A stretch of DNA of 64,000 nt from an uncultured delta proteobacterium (GTDB lineage Bacteria > Myxococcota_A > Polyangia > Polyangiales > Polyangiaceae), in the NCBI GenBank assembly GCA_963850305.1, contig CAWKKR010000007.1, positions 864,001-928,000 on the forward strand. The letters run 5' to 3'. Each line of letters begins with the position of its first letter. The first letter of the stretch is position 1. This document shows positions 19,833 to 28,345 of this stretch, one piece after another. A program made the translations under genes and the position numbers. The notes below the pieces were generated by a model. That model was not told the origin of the DNA and did no database searches. It saw nothing but the letters and a program-made list of their open reading frames with translations.

Positions 19833-20894
19833 TCAGAAGCCGAGTTCGCGAAAGCCCCACAGGTTCGGTTCAGGCGCCAGGGTCACGCCGAAACGGTCTC
19901 GCACCCGGTCGCGGATCTCCAGCGCGAACGCGACGAGCGCGCCGGTGTTCGCGCCGTCGTGACAGACGAGCGCGAGCGCGTGTCGCGTCGAGATCCCGAC
20001 CGCGCCGCGGCGCTGGCCCCTCGAGAACCCCGCTCGTTCGATGAGCCATGCCGCGGAAAGCTTCACCTGGCCATCGGGTTGCGGAAAGCGCGGCATCGCG
20101 TCCGTTGCTACACGCCGCTCGATGCGCGGGAGTTCCTCGGAAGCCACGATCGGGTTCATGAAGAACGAGCCGCAGCTTCTCCGGTTCTCGTCCTCCGGAT
20201 CGAGGATCATCGACTTTTCGCGCCGGATGCCGAGCACCTCGCGGCGGACGTCATCGAGCGTCGGCGTCGCGATCTTTCGCTCTTTCAGACGCGCGTGGAG
20301 CTCCGGGTAGCGCACCGCAGCCGGCGCCGATTTGTCCAGCCGGAACCCGACGTCGAGGACGACGTAGCGATCGGGCGCGATGCTCTTGAAGAGGCTGTCG
20401 CGGTAGGAAAACCCGCACTCCTCGGCCGTCAACGTGACGATGGCCCGCGAGATCCGGTCGTAAGCGCGGACGCGCGCGATGGTCTCCGAGACGTCCTGGC
20501 CGTAGGCGCCCACGTTCTGGATGGGCGCGGCGCCGACGAGGCCCGGAATGCCGCTCAGGCACTCGAGGCCGGCCCATCCTCGGCCGACGGCGTACGCAAC
20601 GACGTCGTCCCACGGCTCGCCCGCGGCGACCGTGAGCTCGACCCGTGTGTCGTTGTCCTCGCGCACCTTGCGTCCCCGGAGCCCGACGCGAAGGACGAGT
20701 GCGTCGAGCCCCTCGTCGGCGATCACGACGTTGCTGCCCCCGCCGAGCACGCGCACCGTGATGCCGCCCCGGTCCGCCCAGTCGAGCGCGTCCACGAGCG
20801 TCTTCTCGTCCTGGGCGCGCACGAAAAACCGCGCCGAGCCGCCGATTCCGAGTGTGCACCGCGCCGCGAGCGGGACGTAGTGCTCGACGTTCAC
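19833..20894 (-). CDS. murB: UDP-N-acetylenolpyruvoylglucosamine reductase
   Basis: LGGGSN, GLECLSGIPG, PIQNVGAYG, FSYRDSLFK, SCGSFFMNP, KLSAAWLIE. Confidence 0.96.
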   Translation of the reverse strand: MNVEHYVPLAARCTLGIGGSARFFVRAQDEKTLVDALDWADRGGITVRVLGGGSNVVIADEGLDALVLRVGLRGRKVREDNDTRVELTVAAGEPWDDVVAYAVGRGWAGLECLSGIPGLVGAAPIQNVGAYGQDVSETIARVRAYDRISRAIVTLTAEECGFSYRDSLFKSIAPDRYVVLDVGFRLDKSAPAAVRYPELHARLKERKIATPTLDDVRREVLGIRREKSMILDPEDENRRSCGSFFMNPIVASEELPRIERRVATDAMPRFPQPDGQVKLSAAWLIERAGFSRGQRRGAVGISTRHALALVCHDGANTGALVAFALEIRDRVRDRFGVTLAPEPNLWGFRELGF

Positions 20895-21148
20895 TGATTC
20901 ACTCGGCTGAGCACCGTGGGTCTGCGTCCTCTATGAAGGCGATGGGGAGCGGCGAGCAGTCCGTGTCGGCCTGCACGCGACGGCGATCATAGACGAATTT
21001 TACTCTCTCTTTGGTCCGCAGAACCCCTCGCGAGGGACTTTTCCGCGACGCACGGCTCGTTCCGCGGATAAATCCCGAGGCTTCTGGAGGAGGGTCAGCA
21101 GGAAGATCGTCGCGGGAGCGGCCCCGACCACAGCCACGCTCACCCTCG

Positions 21149-21376
21149 CTCGACTCGACCGATCCCGAGCTCGTCCAAGCTCGATCCGGCTCGCGTCGAG
21201 CGATCCCGAGCTCAATCGAGCGCTCGGCCGCCCAGGTGAGCCGTCGCAACGCTCAATCGAGCGTCGCACGACGCGATTCGAGCCGCGCCGAGCTCAATCG
21301 AGCGATCCATTACCTCGATTCGAGCCGCGCTGAGCTCACCGAAGCACGGTCTCGCCTCGGTTCGAGCCGGCGGGGG
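21149..21376. repeat. Degenerate tandem repeat of 20-21-bp units (~41-bp super-period)
   Basis: CTCAATCGAGCG exact at 21211, 21252 and 21293; alternating units such as CGCGATTCGAGCCGCGCCGAG and CTCGATTCGAGCCGCGCTGAG; about 11 units. Confidence 0.75.
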
Positions 21377-21779
21377 CACAGACGAGCTTTTTTTCGCTCG
21401 CGACGAGCTGCGCGATGCAGGCGTGAGCCATTGGACGCGCTAGACGAGCAAACCGAGCACACGCATGCGCTGCTCTGCCGCGCGAAGGAGCAAAGTCTGC
21501 GAATTCGTGAGCAGCCCTGATTCCGCACCCCGAACCCGACTCCTTCCCGGCCCCCCCTGCTGCGTCCGCTACCGCAACCGGCCCAACTACCAATCAAGGC
21601 TGGGCTCCCGGCTGGCTCCCGGCACGGCTGTTGGAGCGCCGGAGGACCCCGTGCTAGGGTGCCCGCGGCCGGGTGCGCGCATGCCGGAGGTGGGAGCTCG
21701 AGTTGAGCTTTCCCCGCATGCGGCCCAGCCGAGGGACGGAAAAAGGCCGTCCTCACAAGCAAAAACAGATGAAAAGGTT

Positions 21780-23396
21780 ATGACGTTTACCGAAGCTGCG
21801 GCGCAGGTTCTGCGCCTCGTGGGAAAGCCACTTCACTACAAAGAAATCACTGACGTCGCGATCGAGAAGGACCTCCTCAGTCACGTGGGCAAGAGCCCCG
21901 AGGTGACGATGGGGGCGCGCCTGGCCGCGCTCGTCAAGAAGGGTGACAAGGAGAATCCTCTGGTTCGAGTCAAGCCGGGCGTGTTCGCGCTCCGGGAGTG
22001 GGACTCGAACATGATCGAGCGAGGTCTGTCGGATCGAACGCCGGCGCTGAAGATGCTCGAAGGACACGAGGGCAACGGCGAAGCCACAGGAGACGGCGAG
22101 GCAGAGCCCGAGCTCGACAGGAAGTCGCATCCGAGCGCCACCTCGTACGATCTGGAGGACGAGGAGCCGCTCCCCTTGGACGCGGAAGAACGCGAGCGCG
22201 CCGAGCGCGCCGCAAACGCGAGCGAGATCTTCGCGCCAGAGGAGGACGATGACGAGCCAATCCTCGGAGGCGATGACGAGGCCGAGACCGGGCGCCCGCC
22301 GGCCGCAGGGGGCGGAAGCTCGGCCGACGACGGACAGCAAGGGCGTCGGCGCCGTCGCCGGAGGCGAAGGAACGGTCGCGGCCCCACGGGTTCGGACGAT
22401 CTGCCGAGCTACACGGTCTCCGATGCCGTCGTGGACGTCGCGCAAGACGGGGACGATGTGCAAGATCGGCCCACCCCCGCACCGCGTGAACCTCGGGAGC
22501 CAAGGGAGGCGCGCGAGCCACGACAGGGACGCGAGCCGCGCGAACCTCGCGACAGTGCGCGCGACGTCGGGCGCGACGACGACGGCCCCGCCCTCGGCGA
22601 TCTCGACGGCCTCGGGCTCGCAGACGCTGCGGTCGAGCTTCTCGGGCAATTCGAGCGACAGGGCGCAGTCCCGCTCCGGCAGGTCATCGACGCCGCGCGA
22701 CGGCGCGGCCGCCTCACCGGTGACCCAGTCCAGGCTCAGAGCGCCCTCTCGGCGGCCCTCCGCGCTGACAATGCCCGGCGAGAATCCGCGGGGCAGCGCC
22801 CGCGGTTTCGCTTTTCGTCGGGGCGAGTCGGTCTGACGGACTGGCTCCTCGACGGCGATCTCCGGAGGCTCGAGCACGAAGTCACGCTGGCCGTCGAGCG
22901 GTATCGGGACGCAGCGCGTCGCTCGCTCCTCCGCCGCATTCAAGGCGTGCCCCCGAGGGCGATTGGCGAGCTTGCCATGATCCTTCTCGAGCGGATGGGG
23001 CTGGAAGAGTTGCAGCCCGTTCGCCGTCCGGGCGCGGCGGGTGCCGAGCTGCTCCTCACTGGTAAAGCGCCGGGCCCAGTGTCGCCGATCGCGACCGCGA
23101 TCGTCGTTCGCCGGGACGGCCGCGACGTCGGGCGCGAGCAAGTGACCGAGCTGCGCGGCAGTCTTCACCATTTCGGACCCGCGTTTGCTGGCTGGATCGT
23201 GACGGCCGGGCAGGTACTGAGCGGCGCCCGCGAAGAAGCCGCGGCGCCCGCTGCGGCTCCGGTGAAATTGGTGGATGGCGCGGCGCTCGCCCGCCTCTGC
23301 GAAGAGCACGGTATCGCCGTCACCCGGACGGTGATCTCGATACCATTGCCGGATGCGGAGCTGTTCGAAGCCTTCCGTAACAGCAACGGCGGGTGA
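21780..23396 (+). CDS. HARE-HTH (winged helix) protein with acidic/Arg-rich linker, a second HARE-like HTH and an Mrr-like C-terminal domain
   Basis: MTFTEAAAQVL..GKPLHYKEI...GKSPEVTMGARL...PGVFALREW; second GLADAAVELL...GRVGLTDW; C-terminal VGREQVTELRG, GWIVTAG, LVDGAALARL.EEHGI. Confidence 0.75.
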   Translation: MTFTEAAAQVLRLVGKPLHYKEITDVAIEKDLLSHVGKSPEVTMGARLAALVKKGDKENPLVRVKPGVFALREWDSNMIERGLSDRTPALKMLEGHEGNGEATGDGEAEPELDRKSHPSATSYDLEDEEPLPLDAEERERAERAANASEIFAPEEDDDEPILGGDDEAETGRPPAAGGGSSADDGQQGRRRRRRRRRNGRGPTGSDDLPSYTVSDAVVDVAQDGDDVQDRPTPAPREPREPREAREPRQGREPREPRDSARDVGRDDDGPALGDLDGLGLADAAVELLGQFERQGAVPLRQVIDAARRRGRLTGDPVQAQSALSAALRADNARRESAGQRPRFRFSSGRVGLTDWLLDGDLRRLEHEVTLAVERYRDAARRSLLRRIQGVPPRAIGELAMILLERMGLEELQPVRRPGAAGAELLLTGKAPGPVSPIATAIVVRRDGRDVGREQVTELRGSLHHFGPAFAGWIVTAGQVLSGAREEAAAPAAAPVKLVDGAALARLCEEHGIAVTRTVISIPLPDAELFEAFRNSNGG

Positions 23397-23436
23397 CGTG
23401 GCGCGCGCGCCGGCCGCGAGGGCCCGCTTCGGATCC

Positions 23437-24306
23437 GTGAAGCTCGCTCACGGGGTCGGGGCGGCGCTCGCGATTGCCTGCGCGCGCGCGGCACCGCCAT
23501 CCCAGTTTCCCACGGCGGACGCGGCCATCGCGCGGATGCGCCAGACGTACACGTGCAGTCGCGGGGTTCGCGGCGAGTCGAAGGTCGATTACTTCGGCGA
23601 GCAGGGGCGCGTCCGGGTGAACGCGCTCTTCCTCGCGTCGCGTCCCGAGCGTCTGCGCATCGACGTGTTCAGCCCCTTCGGCGTCACCCTGTCCACCCTC
23701 ACCGCCGACGGGCATGACTTCGCGCTGCTGGATCTGCACGATAAGCGGTTCTTCCGCGGCCCAGCGACGGAGTGCAACGTCCAGCGCTTCCTGCGGGTGC
23801 CCGTGCCGCCGTTCGCGCTGGTCTCGCTGCTCAACGGAGAAGCGCCCGTGCTCGTTCATCAACCCGGCGATGCGCAGCTCGCCTGGAGCTCCGGCGCCTA
23901 CACGATCCGGATCCGCAGCCTCCACGATGCGACCGAAGAGATCCGCCTGGAGCCGGCGCCGAGCGACTGGAATCGTCCGTGGTCGGAGCAGCGCCTGCGG
24001 GTGCGGGAAGTGCGCGTCGATCAGAGAGGCATCGAGCTCTATCGCGCAGAGCTCGACGATTTCTCCGTCGCGCACACCGCTCGGCCCCGCGTCGACCCCG
24101 ACGGCATCGATCCTGACATTCCGCCGAGTGGCCCTCCCTGCGACGCCGAGGTCGCCGATCGGATTCACATACAATCCGACGCCTCGGCGCAGGACGTCGT
24201 CCTCGTTCATCACGACGTCGTTCACAACCCGCCGCTGTTCCCCGGTCTCTTCCGTCAGAGCGCCCCCCCAGGCACCCGCGTCCGCGAATCCGACTGCGAA
24301 AACTGA
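23437..24306 (+). CDS. Putative lipoprotein (DUF4292/LolB-like)
   Basis: Lipobox-like LAIAC; RPERLRIDVFSPFGVTLSTLTADG..F. Confidence 0.55.
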   Translation: MKLAHGVGAALAIACARAAPPSQFPTADAAIARMRQTYTCSRGVRGESKVDYFGEQGRVRVNALFLASRPERLRIDVFSPFGVTLSTLTADGHDFALLDLHDKRFFRGPATECNVQRFLRVPVPPFALVSLLNGEAPVLVHQPGDAQLAWSSGAYTIRIRSLHDATEEIRLEPAPSDWNRPWSEQRLRVREVRVDQRGIELYRAELDDFSVAHTARPRVDPDGIDPDIPPSGPPCDAEVADRIHIQSDASAQDVVLVHHDVVHNPPLFPGLFRQSAPPGTRVRESDCEN

Positions 24307-24393
24307 CGTTGCTCGGTTCGCAGCCCGGCATCGCCGAGGCGGCGTGCGATGACGCGCGGCCACCGCCCCTGGCTTCCGGCCGCAGGAAACGAC

Positions 24394-24801
24394 TTACAAA
24401 TTCTGGCCGCACGGACCGGGGAGCACGAGACCAGTTCCGTTGTGGTTCGTGCTCGGGCCGCACTGAAGCCCGCTGCTGATCGACGAGCTACAGCCTGCGG
24501 TGAACTCTGCGGCGTGCTGTCCGTCGCAAGCCGTCAGTCCGACGAAGCGCTCACAGCCCTGCTCGTTGCCCGCGCCGCTCTGGTCGTTGATCGTGAAGTC
24601 AGAGGCGCTCGGTCCGGCCTCCTCGTCGCCGCCGATGATGAACACGACCCCGGCGTCGGCACCAGCGGAGCACGCCACTGCCTTCTGGCAAATCTGGCTG
24701 GCGATGTTGCTGCACTGGTCAGTCGATCCGCCGTTCGATCCGTTGCCCGAACCGCACGCGGCGGTGAAGACGAGCGCGGCGAACGCGAGGAGGCTGCGCA
24801 T
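24394..24801 (-). CDS. Small Cys-rich lipoprotein
   Basis: MRSLLAFAALVFTAAC lipobox; eight further Cys. Confidence 0.7.
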   Translation of the reverse strand: MRSLLAFAALVFTAACGSGNGSNGGSTDQCSNIASQICQKAVACSAGADAGVVFIIGGDEEAGPSASDFTINDQSGAGNEQGCERFVGLTACDGQHAAEFTAGCSSSISSGLQCGPSTNHNGTGLVLPGPCGQNL

Positions 24802-24870
24802 CCCCGGACTCTACACGATCGTCGGGGGGAGAGGCGTGGAGGCGGCGCGGGAAGCGCCCCCGGGCGCTGC

Positions 24871-25635
24871 TTACCCGAGCGCGCGAAGGATCGCGCGGGG
24901 TTCGTCGCTGATGAGCGTGTCCACGCGGAGCTCGTTCAAGCGGCGTGCGTCGGCGGGATCGTTCACGGTCCAGACGTTGACCGGGAGTCCCGCTCGTTGC
25001 CAGGCGGCGACCGAGCTGGCCGTGACCATCGTCGTCTGGGGGTGAAGGGCGGTCGCGCCGACCAGACGATGGAGGAATGAACGCGACGGCATCGGGTGCC
25101 GGGCCTCCACGAGCCACCCCACTGGCATCCACGGAAGGAGGCGCGCGGCGGCCGCCACGAGGAGCGGGTCGAAGGAGGAGAGGATGAGTCTCTCGGCGGC
25201 GTGGGGCTCTCCGGCGATGAGCCGCGCCACCCGCCACGCGAGCAGCGACCGCCGCGGGACGTCGCTCTTGAGCTCGACGTTCACTCGCGCATCCCGTTGC
25301 CGCGCCCATCGCAGGACCTCCTCGAGCCGCGGCACCCGCTCCTTGTTTCCGAGATCCACGCCTGCGAGCTCGGCTCGCGTGAGCTCCGCGATGCAACGCG
25401 AATCCTTCCCCGAAGTGACCCGCGCGAGATCCGGGTCATGAATGACCACGACGTCGCCGTCGAGATCGAGTCGCACGTCGAGCTCGACGCCGTCCGCGCC
25501 TTCTTCGAGCGCGAGCTCGAAGGCCGCGAGCGTATTCTCGGGCGCCCTCCGCCGGGCGCCGCGATGCCCGAGAACCCACGGCCGCTCGGCGTCGCGCACC
25601 CAGCGACGAACGCGACGCGGCGCGCGCGGGCTCAC
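24871..25635 (-). CDS. Glycerophosphodiester phosphodiesterase
   Basis: GHRGA, PENTLAAF, GVELDV, VIHD, NVELK, VWTVND, ISDEP. Confidence 0.92.
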   Translation of the reverse strand: MSPRAPRRVRRWVRDAERPWVLGHRGARRRAPENTLAAFELALEEGADGVELDVRLDLDGDVVVIHDPDLARVTSGKDSRCIAELTRAELAGVDLGNKERVPRLEEVLRWARQRDARVNVELKSDVPRRSLLAWRVARLIAGEPHAAERLILSSFDPLLVAAAARLLPWMPVGWLVEARHPMPSRSFLHRLVGATALHPQTTMVTASSVAAWQRAGLPVNVWTVNDPADARRLNELRVDTLISDEPRAILRALG

Positions 25636-26591
25636 CCGGCGAGTTCCTTCGCAATGTCGTCTGCCACGGCTCGAGCCTGGTGGAGTTCGGCCTTGCCAAA
25701 CTGCACGGCGCCCACGAACGGATGTCCGCCGCCGCCGTAGCGCGCGCAGATGGCGCTGATGTCCCGATCGCAGGGCTGGCCGGACCAGGGATTATAGCCG
25801 ACGGAGATCTTGGCCGCGTTGTTCATCACCCCGACGATCACGGAGTAGACCGCGGTCGGGTAGAGCGCGTACGTGACGAACTTGCCGATGGTCTCGAGAG
25901 GTTCGTCCGTGAGATCCACGAGCACGACGCGTCCTACTTGATTCGCATGCTCTCTCACGCGCGCGACGAATCGCTGGTGCTTGGCCTCGATCTTCCGGTA
26001 ACGCTCGGTGACGCGCTTCGATGTCGCGACGTCACTGACCGGGCGCAGCATGAGCTCGGGCACGAGCTCGGAGAGCAGCTTGTCGTCCCCGTGTCGCTCG
26101 ATGACGGCAGCGAGGCGCATCACTGGATTCGTTCGATCGAGGGCCTCCTCCGGCGTCTTGAACGACGCGGAATCGATGACGTCGGCCCAGTGGATCAATT
26201 CATTCAGCCCACCGAGGTCCGTCGCGAAGCGGTCGCGCGCGGTGCTGGCGATGAGCTTCGTGCACGACGTGCAGGCGGCGTCGTAGAAGAATTTGCCCCC
26301 GCCGGCACGGGCGTCGAAGAAGGCGCGATCCGCGGCGTCCGCGAAGGCCGTACGATGGTGGTCGAAGTACCAGGTCAGCTTGTCGGTCGCGGAGAATCGG
26401 TAGTCCAGGATCGCGTTCTGGTCGCCCGCGAGCAGGGCATCCGTCGGCACGAGCTGCCCCGCGCCGTAGCCGCACCCCCGGTACGAAAATGTAGTCGAAG
26501 GCCCTTCGAGCGACGTCAAGAGCCGCGTGAAGACGACGGCGCTGGCGAGTCCGTCGAAGCAGTGCCCGTGCGTGGCGACGACGACGCGCAT
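25632..26591 (-). CDS. DHH/DHHA1 family phosphoesterase
   Basis: HGHCFDGLAS, FDHH, C-terminal YGGGGH. Confidence 0.8.
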   Translation of the reverse strand: MRVVVATHGHCFDGLASAVVFTRLLTSLEGPSTTFSYRGCGYGAGQLVPTDALLAGDQNAILDYRFSATDKLTWYFDHHRTAFADAADRAFFDARAGGGKFFYDAACTSCTKLIASTARDRFATDLGGLNELIHWADVIDSASFKTPEEALDRTNPVMRLAAVIERHGDDKLLSELVPELMLRPVSDVATSKRVTERYRKIEAKHQRFVARVREHANQVGRVVLVDLTDEPLETIGKFVTYALYPTAVYSVIVGVMNNAAKISVGYNPWSGQPCDRDISAICARYGGGGHPFVGAVQFGKAELHQARAVADDIAKELAG

Positions 26592-26670
26592 CACAAGGTG
26601 CTTACCACAACGAGGGACGCCACTCGCGTCGACGTGACGCCTGGGGTAAATCCCGCCCTCGACTCGCGCC

Positions 26671-27321
26671 ATGATGCCACGTACGATATTCGCTGCCCTC
26701 GTGTTGTTCGCCTCGGGGTGTCAACCCGGACCCGGGTCAGCCTCGCCGCAGGGGCAGGCGCGCGTCATCTTCACTCCGACGCCGGCGGCTGTGGCGGATG
26801 CGGCGCCGCCGAAGAAGAAGAGAAGATCGACGGCGCTCGGACAGGTGGCGCCGCTCGGGCCCATCGTCTCGGACCCGGATGCGCTCGAGGACATCGTGGC
26901 CGGCGCGATCGCCGGAGAGGAAGCGACGCTCGAGTCGCCGGACCTCGACGTCGAGCCGCTCGCGAGGCGAATCGAGGCTGCAGCGTCGTCGCTCGGCGGC
27001 TCGCTGGTCGCCGCAAGTCCCATGATGTCGGCTCGCCTGACGGCCGACGCTCACGCCGAAGGGACTTTCTCCATGGAGCCGAACATCTGTTACGTCGTCG
27101 TGGGGGCGAGCGGCGCGCGCACGACGGACTTTCAGCTCGGCGTGATGACCGCTCCTCCGATGCCGCCACAGGTTCTCGCGCAGAGCAAGCCCGGCGGAAC
27201 GAACCCGGTCGTCGGCGCGGGTTGCTTGCGGAGTCTCTATGCAGTCCCGCTATTGGTGAAGATCGATCTCTACCTGGTGAAGGGCGAGGGGATGGTCGCG
27301 GCTCGCGTTTACCGCAGATGA
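26671..27321 (+). CDS. Hypothetical lipoprotein
   Basis: LVLFASGC lipobox; GC3-biased codons; Cys pair (CYVVV...GCL). Confidence 0.65.
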   Translation: MMPRTIFAALVLFASGCQPGPGSASPQGQARVIFTPTPAAVADAAPPKKKRRSTALGQVAPLGPIVSDPDALEDIVAGAIAGEEATLESPDLDVEPLARRIEAAASSLGGSLVAASPMMSARLTADAHAEGTFSMEPNICYVVVGASGARTTDFQLGVMTAPPMPPQVLAQSKPGGTNPVVGAGCLRSLYAVPLLVKIDLYLVKGEGMVAARVYRR

Positions 27322-27363
27322 GATCTCACTCAACCGGCGTTGCAGGCTGCCCGACGGCACTCC

Positions 27364-28254
27364 GTGAACCCTCGCGAGCTCGCGGGAGCAGAGTTTCCGC
27401 CGCGGTTGCGAGATCTGCCGGACCCGCCGAGCGTGGTGTACGTCGTCGGGGAGCTGCCGCGGGGTCCTTCCGTGGCGATCGTCGGAACACGGGACCCGAC
27501 TCCGGAGGCCGCGCGCTTTGCGGAGTCGCTAGCGCGCGAGCTCGGTGAAGAAGGTGTCGCGATCGTCTCGGGCGGCGCAAAGGGGATCGACACCGCGGCG
27601 CACCGAGGCGCGCTTCACGCTGGCTCACCGACGGTCGTCGTCGCTCCGTCGAGCTTCGATCGCCCGTTCCCCGAAGAGAACGCGGCGCTCTTCGAGGAGA
27701 TCGTCACGCGCGGCGGCGCCTTCCTCACGACGTATCCGGAAGGGACCGCCGCCCACTATCATCGCTTCTTCGAACGCAACGCGGTGCTCGCCGCGCTCGC
27801 CCATGCGCTGGTCATCGTCGAGACGCGGTTTCGCGGCGGCGCCCGCAATGCCGCCAAGGCCGCACGTGCGCTCGGACGCCCGGTCCTCGCGGTGCCGGGC
27901 GCGCCGTGGAACCCGAGGGCATCCGGGTGTCTGCTCGAGCTCCGCAGTGGCGCCCGCCTGGTGACGTCGGTGGACGACGTGCTCATCGCCGCGGGTCTAC
28001 CGAGACGGCGCGACCGGGGCTCGGCGATGTCCCGGCAGGGCAGCCCCTGCTCTCCGGAAGTGGTTGGAACCGCGCCGGATCCGGAGCTTCGCGCTCTGCG
28101 GGCCGCGCTCCGGTCCGGCCCCTCGACGCCCGACCGCCTGTGCCTTTTGACCGGGCTCGCGGCGGCTCGGGTCCAAGCGTTGCTCTTGACTCTGACCCTC
28201 GAAAAGATCGTAGTCTCCGACCCGTCGGGGCGCGTTTCCCTCATAAATGATTGA
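27364..28254 (+). CDS. dprA: DNA-processing protein DprA
   Basis: VAIVGTR, IVSGGAKGIDTAAHRGAL, F.ERN, AVPG; C-terminal winged helix; upstream of topA. Confidence 0.93.
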   Translation: MNPRELAGAEFPPRLRDLPDPPSVVYVVGELPRGPSVAIVGTRDPTPEAARFAESLARELGEEGVAIVSGGAKGIDTAAHRGALHAGSPTVVVAPSSFDRPFPEENAALFEEIVTRGGAFLTTYPEGTAAHYHRFFERNAVLAALAHALVIVETRFRGGARNAAKAARALGRPVLAVPGAPWNPRASGCLLELRSGARLVTSVDDVLIAAGLPRRRDRGSAMSRQGSPCSPEVVGTAPDPELRALRAALRSGPSTPDRLCLLTGLAAARVQALLLTLTLEKIVVSDPSGRVSLIND

Positions 28255-28345
28255 TTTGATTGATTTTTTGCCATCAAGGCCGTCGGAATGGGGTTGCGTA
28301 GCTCGTTTTGACGCCCCAACAGTGGGGTAAAGGTTCCGGTCACCA

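Noticed and set aside
21149..21376. Possible CRISPR array
   Set aside because: The exact repeat is only 12 bp, the intervening sequences resemble each other rather than being unique spacers, and no cas genes are in the window
25680..27548. Long alternative-frame ORFs (e.g. 25680..27548, 34091..35761, 21753..23309, 43923..45653, 57283..58998)
   Set aside because: They overlap well-supported genes, are Arg-rich and lack motifs, as expected for shadow ORFs in high-GC DNA
28247..28269. TGATT short repeats between dprA and topA
   Set aside because: Too short; most simply an AT-rich promoter region, with no further support
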